Virus record (IMG/VR): IMGVR_UViG_3300032272_000057
Span: 1 to 27,227 of that record
Origin: a virus
Taxonomy: Duplodnaviria > Caudoviricetes
Strand: one strand, 5' to 3'
Length of the DNA stretch: 27,227 bases
Shown here: piece by piece, positions 6,207 through 13,712 of the stretch
How the letters are laid out: every line of letters begins with the position of its first letter
Position numbering within the stretch: the first letter of the stretch is position 1
The notes under the pieces: generated by a model
The model's input: the letters and a program-made list of their open reading frames with translations, nothing else
The model's database searches: none
What the model was told of the DNA's origin: nothing
Made by a program: the position numbers and the translations under genes

Positions 6207-7700
6207 GTGAGCCAAGAGCAAAAACTTCTCATAGAGATTCTGCAGTATAGGGATGACCCCTTGGGGTTTATTCTCTTTGCCTTCCCTTGGGGTAAAAAAG
6301 GCACACCCTTGGAGCATTTCAAGGACGGGCCGGACAAATGGCACGTTGAGATGTTTCTCGATTTGGCCAAGCACGTTCAGGCAAATGACGAACGACGGGC
6401 CAACGGGGAAGAGATCAAGGCTTTTCAGAGCGCCGTAGCCTCCGGGCACGGTATTGGAAAGTCTGCTTGCGTTGGCTGGTTGGTTATTTGGTTGATGAGT
6501 ACGCGCCGCCATTGCCGTGGAGTCGTTACAGCAAACACCGGAAGCCAGTTGGAAGATAAGACCTGGCCGGAGCTGTTGAAGTGGCATAACATGGCCATCA
6601 ATAAGCATTGGTTTAATTGGACCGCCACGCAATACACTTGTGTTTTAGAGATTGGTGCTGAGAAGAACTGGAAGTTCGATGCGGTTACATGGTCTGAAGA
6701 GCGCACGGAAGCATTCGCAGGAAGCCACAACGCAAGCTCCGCGATGGTTGTTATCTTTGATGAGGCTTCCGCCATACCGGACGTGATCTGGGAGGTTACA
6801 GAGGGCGCCATGACAGACGGCGAGGGTTTCTGGTTCGCCTTTGGTAACCCGACACGTAACACCGGGCGGTTTAAGCAGTGCTTCGGCAAGTTGAAAAACA
6901 GATGGCGCACCCGCAACATCGACTCAAGATCCGTCAGAGTCACCAATAAAACAAAGTTGAAGCAATGGGTTGAAGACTACGGCGAGGATTCCGACTTCGT
7001 AAGAGTCCGTGTCAAAGGTCAATTCCCGCGAGCCGGCGATAAGCAATTCATTCCTGTTGATATGGTTGAGACGGCCCAGGCCAGGGAGCCTGTCAAGGAT
7101 GATGGCGCTCCTTTGGTCATGGGCGTTGACTCCGCCCGGTACGGCGGCGATAAATCGGTTATCCGTTTCCGGCAAGGATTGGATGGCGCGTCGATCCCAC
7201 CTCTTAAATATATGGACTGCAGCGCCACGGAGCTCGCGCACCGCATCGCTGAAGCCATGGATAAGTATGAGCCGGACGCAATCTTTATAGATTCAGGTGG
7301 AGGCGGCGCCCAGATCCATGATATTCTGCGGGAGAAGGGCTATAAAACTTCACTCGTTTCGTTTGGTGGAAAGAGCTCAAGAGACGACTGCGCCAACAAA
7401 CGAGTCGATATGTGGATGGAAATGAAAAACTGGTTAGTGTTAGGAAGCCTTGACAAAGACCAAGAATTATACGATGATCTAATCGGACCGGAATATCATT
7501 ACGATAAACAGCATCGATATTTGCTAGAATCAAAAGATGATATGCGGAAACGAGGGTTATCATCTCCGGATGACGGTGATGCTTTGGCTGTTACTTTCGC
7601 GTTCCCGGTATCCCGTAGAGATAGAAGGACCAGCAGGTTTGGTAACAACAGAAACATGGTCGCAAAGGATATGGACTATGACGTTTTCAACTACGACTGA
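6207..7700 (+). CDS. terL: Terminase large subunit
   Basis: Walker A SGHGIGKS, Walker B IFDEAS, coupling motif GNPT, RNase H-like nuclease GVDSARYGGD and SPDDGDA. Confidence 0.97.
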   Translation: MSQEQKLLIEILQYRDDPLGFILFAFPWGKKGTPLEHFKDGPDKWHVEMFLDLAKHVQANDERRANGEEIKAFQSAVASGHGIGKSACVGWLVIWLMSTRRHCRGVVTANTGSQLEDKTWPELLKWHNMAINKHWFNWTATQYTCVLEIGAEKNWKFDAVTWSEERTEAFAGSHNASSAMVVIFDEASAIPDVIWEVTEGAMTDGEGFWFAFGNPTRNTGRFKQCFGKLKNRWRTRNIDSRSVRVTNKTKLKQWVEDYGEDSDFVRVRVKGQFPRAGDKQFIPVDMVETAQAREPVKDDGAPLVMGVDSARYGGDKSVIRFRQGLDGASIPPLKYMDCSATELAHRIAEAMDKYEPDAIFIDSGGGGAQIHDILREKGYKTSLVSFGGKSSRDDCANKRVDMWMEMKNWLVLGSLDKDQELYDDLIGPEYHYDKQHRYLLESKDDMRKRGLSSPDDGDALAVTFAFPVSRRDRRTSRFGNNRNMVAKDMDYDVFNYD

Positions 7701-7715
7701 CAAGGGAGCGTAGAT

Positions 7716-8102
7716 ATGGGCTTAGGTACTGCATTAAAAAAATCTTTTAAAAATCCAATCGGCGCACTTAAAGACGCAGACAAGGTACTGAGGGAGTCGA
7801 TGACCGACCCTTCTATCGAATCTTTTGAAGACATATGGAATCCGTTGATCGGCGGGCCTGACCTCGGGCTGGCCGGAGCGACCGGTGGCGGAGAGATTGA
7901 TATATCCAAACAGTTTGATGAAGCCCTCGGCGGGGTTCCACCTACTCCCGAAGAGGTTGAAGAGATCGACACCTCCAAAGCCGATGAGGCCAGGCGTAGA
8001 GCTCTGGTGCAAAGCAGAGGCCGCCGGGTGAATATATTCACTTCAGGAAGGGGTTTAACCACCCCCGCCTTAACAGCATCAACACAACTATTAGGAGGAT
8101 AG
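7716..8102 (+). CDS. Small virion-associated protein (pre-portal gene, T7 gp7.3-like position)
   Basis: Position between terL and portal; RRR...GR...IFTS..GL....LLGG C-terminus. Confidence 0.65.
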   Translation: MGLGTALKKSFKNPIGALKDADKVLRESMTDPSIESFEDIWNPLIGGPDLGLAGATGGGEIDISKQFDEALGGVPPTPEEVEEIDTSKADEARRRALVQSRGRRVNIFTSGRGLTTPALTASTQLLGG

Positions 8103-8103
8103 A

Positions 8104-8352
8104 ATGACCGATTTATTTAAAGGGCCGTACTCGCCGTCGCCAGATGGCTTCAGCGTAACCCCGAGTGACACTGTGGATCTGACCCGCACGGCCAGGGCTT
8201 TGTATATTGGCGTGACCGGTGACGTAAAGATCAACACTCCCGAAGGAAACGCTTTGACCTTCAAGAATGTTCCGGTGGGTATTTTCCCCGTGCAAGCTTC
8301 GAGGGTTTTTTCGACCGGCACTGACGCTTCTGAAATTATCGCACTCGACTAG
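8104..8352 (+). CDS. Head spike base protein, RcGTA Rcc01079-like
   Basis: VTPSDTVDL...RALYIGVTGDV....TFKNVPVG..PVQ..RV..TGT.A..IIAL signature. Confidence 0.85.
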   Translation: MTDLFKGPYSPSPDGFSVTPSDTVDLTRTARALYIGVTGDVKINTPEGNALTFKNVPVGIFPVQASRVFSTGTDASEIIALD

Positions 8353-8362
8353 GTGAGGCAAT

Positions 8363-9997
8363 ATGGCTGAGAATATGGCGGAACAAATTGTCCGTGAGTT
8401 TGAAGCGGTCAAGGGCGATCGAGGTAATTGGGAAGAGCACTGGCAGGAAGTGGCTGAACTGTGTCTCGATCGATATAAAGACACAATCCAGACTTCCCCG
8501 GCGAACATAACCAAAGGAGAGAAGCGTCGTCAGAAGATGTTCGATTCGACGGCTTCTCTTGCATTGGAGCGTTTTGCAGCGGTCATGGATTCCATGCTCA
8601 CTCCGCGCCAGAATAAATGGCACAGGCTTTCCACCAGTGAGCCAATTCTCCAACGAAATCGCAACGTTCAGTTATATCTCGACGAAGTGACGCGATTACT
8701 GTTTAAGTATCGTTACGCGCCAAAAGCCAACTTCGCCAGCCAGAACTTTGAGGATTATATTTCTCTCGGCGCGTTTGGCTCCGGCGTTATGTATGTTGAT
8801 AGTTTGGTCGGGGGCGGGCTCCGGTACAAGTCGATCCCGTTATCCGACTGTTATTTCAAAGAGAACCATCAAGGCATCATCGACACAATGTATCGGTTGT
8901 TCACCCGGACCGCCCGCCAGGCCGTTCAACAGTTTGGTGAAGAAAACCTCCCTGAAGCCATACGCGAGGTTGCTAAAAATGACACGCATGTTAATTCCAA
9001 AAAAGAATATGAGTTTGTCCACTGCGTCAAACCGAATGATGACGTGGACCCGAACCGTCTCGACTTTCGGGGCATGGAGTTCTCATCCTACTACGTCATT
9101 CTTGAAGGTAAAGATATTGTCGAACGAGGGGGCTATCATAGATTTCCGTATCCGGTATCCAGATATGTAACCGGACCGGGCGAAACGTATGGCCGCTCTC
9201 CGGCGATGACAGCTCTGCCGGCGATGAAGACCTTGAACGCCGAGAAGAAAACTGTTTTAAAACAAGGACATAGAGTAACTGATCCGGTGCTACTTGCTCA
9301 CGATGATGGAGTGCTTGGCACTTTCAGTATGCGCCCGGGCAAGATCAACACCGGTGCGATGACCTCAGATGGTAAACGATTGGTGGACGTGCTGCCGACC
9401 GGTAACATTGCCGCCGGCATTGAGATGATGAACATGGAGCAGAACGTCATCAACGATGCGTTCCTGGTCACACTGTTTCAGATCCTCGTTGAAACCCCAA
9501 CCATGACGGCTACCGAGGTTCTTGAGCGCACCCGTGAAAAAGGCATGTTGTTAGCGCCGACTATGGGCCGCCAACAATCTGAAAAACTCGGTCCCATGAT
9601 CGAACGCGAGATCGATGTCCTGGCCAGGCAAGGGTTGCTGCCACCAATGCCGCCGATTATGATGGAAGCTCAGGACCAATTCGAGATCGAGTACGAATCC
9701 CCAATGAGCAGAGCCCAGAGAGCCGAAGAGGCAACCGGTTTGTTCCGTTACATGGAATTTGCCGATCGGGTTGTTCAGGCAACCGGCGACACCACTCCTT
9801 ATGATCATATTGATTTTGATGAAGCATCTCCGCAAATGATGGACATCACAGCCGTTCCTGCCAAGTGGCGTAAGTCAATGGAGCAGATCGAGGCCGAGCG
9901 TAAAGCACGGGCCGAGGCGGCAGAAGAAGAGCAGGCAATCAACGCCATGCCGGCCGCTGCGGGTATGGTAAAAGCAGTGGAGGGATCAAGTGGTTAA
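8363..9997 (+). CDS. Portal (head-tail connector) protein
   Basis: 544 aa; R.NWE.HWQE, FDSTA, GETYGRSP, MTATEV motifs of T7 gp8/BPP-1-like portals. Confidence 0.95.
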   Translation: MAENMAEQIVREFEAVKGDRGNWEEHWQEVAELCLDRYKDTIQTSPANITKGEKRRQKMFDSTASLALERFAAVMDSMLTPRQNKWHRLSTSEPILQRNRNVQLYLDEVTRLLFKYRYAPKANFASQNFEDYISLGAFGSGVMYVDSLVGGGLRYKSIPLSDCYFKENHQGIIDTMYRLFTRTARQAVQQFGEENLPEAIREVAKNDTHVNSKKEYEFVHCVKPNDDVDPNRLDFRGMEFSSYYVILEGKDIVERGGYHRFPYPVSRYVTGPGETYGRSPAMTALPAMKTLNAEKKTVLKQGHRVTDPVLLAHDDGVLGTFSMRPGKINTGAMTSDGKRLVDVLPTGNIAAGIEMMNMEQNVINDAFLVTLFQILVETPTMTATEVLERTREKGMLLAPTMGRQQSEKLGPMIEREIDVLARQGLLPPMPPIMMEAQDQFEIEYESPMSRAQRAEEATGLFRYMEFADRVVQATGDTTPYDHIDFDEASPQMMDITAVPAKWRKSMEQIEAERKARAEAAEEEQAINAMPAAAGMVKAVEGSSG

Positions 9998-10250
9998 ACA
10001 ATTTACTCACGCGGTGAGAGACTGGGTAATAACCCGAAAACAAGCATATAAACGAACCTTTGGCACCGAATCCGGTGCTAAAGTTTTGAAGGACCTGGCA
10101 AAGTTCTGCCGGGCTCACGAGTCAACCTTCCATGAAGATCCGAGAGTTCATGGTGTTTTGGAAGGCCGGCGCGAGGTATGGCTGCGTATTCAAACCAATA
10201 TGCAGTTATCCGATGAAGAAATGTGGGAATACTTTCAGGTTAAAGAATAA
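9990..10250 (+). CDS. Bbp19-like protein
   Basis: YKRTF..ESG..VL.DL..F....STF..DP......EGRREV.L.I pattern; follows the portal. Confidence 0.8.
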   Translation: MVKQFTHAVRDWVITRKQAYKRTFGTESGAKVLKDLAKFCRAHESTFHEDPRVHGVLEGRREVWLRIQTNMQLSDEEMWEYFQVKE

Positions 10251-10306
10251 AAAGTGCCGGCTCTCAGGAGGGAAAGAGCCGGCTAGGGGTGAGGAAGTAG
10301 GAAGAC
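10246..10306 (-). ncRNA. Candidate ~60-nt small RNA with CU-rich 5' end and terminator hairpin
   Basis: Minus-strand TTGACT (10340-10335), 16 bp, TATAAT (10318-10313); 9-bp stem 10256-10264/10275-10283 followed by a U-run on the minus strand. Confidence 0.6.
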
Positions 10307-10343
10307 ATACGTATTATAACCTTTTGAAAGGAGAAGTCAAGTT

Positions 10344-11174
10344 ATGAGTGAAGAGCAAGGAGCCCAAGGCGGCGAAGGCGGCCAGGATAACTCCGGAGCA
10401 AGTGAAGAAGGAGCCGGAGGAGTATGGACAGACGGACTCGCTGAAGACACACGAGGTTACGTCGAAAACAAAGGATGGGGTGACCCGTCCGCAATTGTTT
10501 CAAGTTACCAGAATTTAGAAAAGATGGTCGGAGCTCCGCCGGAGAGTCTGATCAAACTGCCCAAAGAGATGACGCCTGAAGCATCTCGGGAGATCTACGG
10601 TCGGCTCGGTATGCCTGAAGAGGCAGCTGGCTATGAGTTGGCCATCCCGGACGGCGAAGAATCTTTCGGGGAAACCCTGCGCGAGATTTATCATAAAGCC
10701 GGGGCGACTAAAGACCAGGCGAGCTCAATGACGGAAGCATTAATGGCTTTCGGCGCCGAGCAAGAGAAACAAGAAGTTGAAGCTCGCCAGTCGAAAAATG
10801 CTGATGAGAAACGAAACCTGGAAAAAGAGTGGGGCAATGCCTATGCCGACAATCTCAAAACGGCGGCGACTGCGGCCAGAGAGTTCGGGATGAACAAGGA
10901 GCAGTTAGATGCTCTTGAGCAAACCCTCGGTTACAAAGGCACTCATGAGTTGTTTCATAAGATCGGATCGAAGATCGGCGAAGCAAACTTCCAAGATGGA
11001 GACGGCAATGGTTTTGGCAACATCACCCCTGCTGCAGCGCAGGCAGCTCTCACAGAACTTCAGGGGACCCCGGCTTTCAAGGAAGCTTTCTTCGACAATA
11101 CCAACCCTAACCATAAAGCCATGGTTGAGAAGAAATCTCGCTTGACTCGCCAAGCTTTCCCGGAGGCTTCATGA
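10344..11174 (+). CDS. Capsid scaffolding protein
   Basis: Acidic; SYQNLEK.VG, LG.PE....Y, L.KEWG, HK..V motifs; lies between portal and capsid. Confidence 0.85.
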   Translation: MSEEQGAQGGEGGQDNSGASEEGAGGVWTDGLAEDTRGYVENKGWGDPSAIVSSYQNLEKMVGAPPESLIKLPKEMTPEASREIYGRLGMPEEAAGYELAIPDGEESFGETLREIYHKAGATKDQASSMTEALMAFGAEQEKQEVEARQSKNADEKRNLEKEWGNAYADNLKTAATAAREFGMNKEQLDALEQTLGYKGTHELFHKIGSKIGEANFQDGDGNGFGNITPAAAQAALTELQGTPAFKEAFFDNTNPNHKAMVEKKSRLTRQAFPEAS

Positions 11175-11401
11175 ATAATCTCGAAGGGAAACTGAGGTGC
11201 CTTGAGCTCGCCGAGAAAGTTTGTTTGAAACTCAGCGAACGGCACGAAGAAAAAATAGTTGCAATGTCAGACGTTTTCTGGCAATATGTGTCCCAAGATC
11301 AAAAAACTGATGTTCCGGTTCCTGCCGCAAAGGGTGGCAAGGGTAAAAAACCAGGGCGTCAACCCCGAGAAAAGCCCGGACAACCTGATCTTTTCGATTA
11401 G
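11171..11401 (+). CDS. Hypothetical protein (76 aa)
   Basis: ATGA overlap with the scaffold stop; GGAGG RBS; LRCLELA helix. Confidence 0.65.
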   Translation: MNNLEGKLRCLELAEKVCLKLSERHEEKIVAMSDVFWQYVSQDQKTDVPVPAAKGGKGKKPGRQPREKPGQPDLFD

Positions 11402-11498
11402 GCCCGAGCAATACTTTTTCGGATAAGCAACATGGCCCCGCCTCGTGCGGATAAGCCGAAGCATTAAGTCTTCATCTTATTCGCACGAGGTGACTATT

Positions 11499-12368
11499 AT
11501 GAGTTTCGAAATAAGCACAGCTTTTGTGCAGGATTACAAATCTACTGTAGCCCTGCTTCTGCAGCAACGCGGCTCCAAGTTGCGTATGGCTGTAACCGAA
11601 GGTTCTTACACTGGCAAAGCCGGTAAGGCCGTAGAACAGATCGGCGCCGTTGCCGCTCAGAAGCGGACTACCCGCCACAGCGACACACCGTTGATCTCCA
11701 CTCCTCACTCCGCTCGTTGGGTTTTCCCGACTGATTATGAGTGGGCTGATCTGATTGATGACCAGGATAAACTCCGCATGATCATCGATCCAACTTCCGC
11801 ATACGCCCAAAACGGCGCTTATGCAATGGGCCGTGCCCAAGACTCCATCATCATCGACGCACTTCTCGGCTCTGCCAAGACTGGCGAAGATGGCGATACC
11901 ACTACTATCTTTGACGCAACCAACCAGACGATCGCTTCCGGATCTGTTGGTCTGACCGTCGCCAAACTCCGTAATGCCAAGAAGATCCTGATGGCGAATG
12001 AAGTTGACATCGACAACGATCCGTTGTTCATGGCAATTACTGCCGAGCAGCACGATGATCTTCTGTCCGAAACCCAAGCTATCTCCCTCGACTACAACAC
12101 CAAGCCTGTCCTGGTCGATGGTAAAATCACTAGCTTCATGGGTTTCAATTTCATCAACACTGAATTGCTCGGTGTCGATGCGGCGAGCGCCCGCCGGTGC
12201 CCAGCCTGGGCTAAGTCCGGAGCGCACTTGGGCCTGTGGAACGACATCACCACGAAGATTTCCGAACGTGATGACAAGTCATACGCCGCCCAGGTTTATC
12301 TTAAAGAGACCATCGGCGCCACCCGTCTGGAAGAGGGCAAGGTTGTCGAAGTCCTCTGCAGCGAATAA
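11499..12368 (+). CDS. Major capsid protein (289 aa)
   Basis: GAGGTG RBS before ATG 11499; LLQQRGSKLR, D.QDKLR...DP.S.Y, GATRLEE.KV motifs; C-ending codon bias consistent with high expression. Confidence 0.93.
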   Translation: MSFEISTAFVQDYKSTVALLLQQRGSKLRMAVTEGSYTGKAGKAVEQIGAVAAQKRTTRHSDTPLISTPHSARWVFPTDYEWADLIDDQDKLRMIIDPTSAYAQNGAYAMGRAQDSIIIDALLGSAKTGEDGDTTTIFDATNQTIASGSVGLTVAKLRNAKKILMANEVDIDNDPLFMAITAEQHDDLLSETQAISLDYNTKPVLVDGKITSFMGFNFINTELLGVDAASARRCPAWAKSGAHLGLWNDITTKISERDDKSYAAQVYLKETIGATRLEEGKVVEVLCSE

Positions 12369-12379
12369 GGAGATAAATC

Positions 12380-12868
12380 ATGGCAGCTAGCACTGAAAAA
12401 TCCGTAGAAGTTACTGCAATCGACGCCGGGACCACCCTGGACACAACCGATCTTGCTGGTCGCGTTCGCGTCGCATACTTCACTCACACCTGGGTTGAGG
12501 CCACTGACCTCGATGCAGGATCTTCCGTAGCCCTTGTCAAGCTCCCTGCCGGCCGTGTTCGTCTGCTTGCATCGCTTTCAAAAGCGTATGTAAACTGGAC
12601 CACCGCCTCTCAGACTCTTGACCTCGGGTGGGACGCTTACACTGACATCGACGGCACAGCAGTTGCCGCTGATCCTGACGGTCTCGATGATGGTCTGGAT
12701 GTTGATGCAGTTGGTTATCAAACTTTCGGTAATGTCGCAGCTCTCTTGCTGACCGGCGGCGCCAAAGAGTTTGAAAGCCAAGACGGCGTAACCATTCGCG
12801 CAACTTGCACAGAAGCAATGGTTGTCGGCGACGACATCTGCGGCGCGTTCCTCTACGTTGTAGACTGA
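12380..12868 (+). CDS. Capsid decoration/cement-like protein
   Basis: AAGGAG RBS; directly after MCP; GRVR...KLPAG...TLDLG...DPDG beta-rich pattern. Confidence 0.7.
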   Translation: MAASTEKSVEVTAIDAGTTLDTTDLAGRVRVAYFTHTWVEATDLDAGSSVALVKLPAGRVRLLASLSKAYVNWTTASQTLDLGWDAYTDIDGTAVAADPDGLDDGLDVDAVGYQTFGNVAALLLTGGAKEFESQDGVTIRATCTEAMVVGDDICGAFLYVVD

Positions 12869-12893
12869 TCAAAGCCAACAGGCTAACACCACG

Positions 12894-12930
12894 AAAGAGG
12901 GGTGGGGATAACCCTGCCCCTCTTTTTATT
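12894..12930 (+). terminator. Intrinsic terminator after the capsid genes
   Basis: AAAGAGGGGTGGGG-ataa-CCCTGCCCCTCTTT then TTATT. Confidence 0.85.
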
Positions 12931-12944
12931 TAAGGAGCAAAATC

Positions 12945-13130
12945 ATGGCAAACGTACAAATTGATGTAGCCGGCGAAGTCGCTATTGATGATGTTGTCGC
13001 CACTGCTGCGGGGACCGTCACCAATGACGTTCGCGTTGTTCTGGCTGATGGGCTCGACAAGGACATCGCAATCCGCACATTGACCGCTATCCGGGATGCA
13101 TTGGTATCTGACCGTATTCTGACCTCTTAA
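12945..13130 (+). CDS. Small structural/hypothetical protein (61 aa)
   Basis: AAGGAG RBS; within the virion module. Confidence 0.75.
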   Translation: MANVQIDVAGEVAIDDVVATAAGTVTNDVRVVLADGLDKDIAIRTLTAIRDALVSDRILTS

Positions 13131-13154
13131 TAACGCAGAACAGGCGGTTTAAAA

Positions 13155-13712
13155 ATGTCATCTTCTGTTGATATTGCAAACAGTGCTTTAAGTAAGCTCG
13201 GCGCGGAGAGGATCACTTCTCTCGCCGATAACTCGCCTGCAGCCCGGGCGATGAACTTTCGGTTTGAACCTTTAAAGACGCAAGAACTCCGTAAGCATCT
13301 GTGGAATTTTGCCATCAAACGGGTCCAGCTTGCAGCGGACACAGCAACCCCGGCTTTCGGGTATGCGTATCAATTCACACTGCCGACCGACTTCCTGCGT
13401 TTCCACCCTGATAATGAAACCCAAGATTACAATCTTGAAAACGGTAAGCTTCTGAGCGATTCGGAAGGCCCTTTCAACATGAGGTACGTGGCCAACGTAA
13501 CGGACACGAATCTGTTCGACCCTCTGTTCGATGATGCTCTGGCTTCACGTATGGCGTATGACGCCTGCGAAGAGGTAACCCAGAGCAACACCAAAAAAGA
13601 AGCGGCCGAAGTTATGTACAAAGATGCAATCCGCGAAGCCAAAATGGTAGACGCGATCGAGGATGAGTCTGAAGAGGCCCCCGAAGACGAATGGATTACA
13701 GCGAGGATCTAA
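13155..13712 (+). CDS. Tail tubular protein A / adaptor (T7 gp11-like)
   Basis: VDIANSALSKLG, H.WNFA..R..L, Y.YQF.LP.D.LR, FDPLF..AL motifs. Confidence 0.9.
   Translation: MSSSVDIANSALSKLGAERITSLADNSPAARAMNFRFEPLKTQELRKHLWNFAIKRVQLAADTATPAFGYAYQFTLPTDFLRFHPDNETQDYNLENGKLLSDSEGPFNMRYVANVTDTNLFDPLFDDALASRMAYDACEEVTQSNTKKEAAEVMYKDAIREAKMVDAIEDESEEAPEDEWITARI

Noticed and set aside
11472-12227. 251-aa minus-strand ORF opposite the major capsid gene, and many similar antisense ORFs in the track
   Set aside because: Shadow ORFs caused by codon bias of the sense genes; no RBS or protein-like features.
12340-12400. Programmed frameshift or readthrough extending the capsid protein (T7 10B-like)
   Set aside because: No slippery sequence before the TAA, and the next gene has its own strong RBS.
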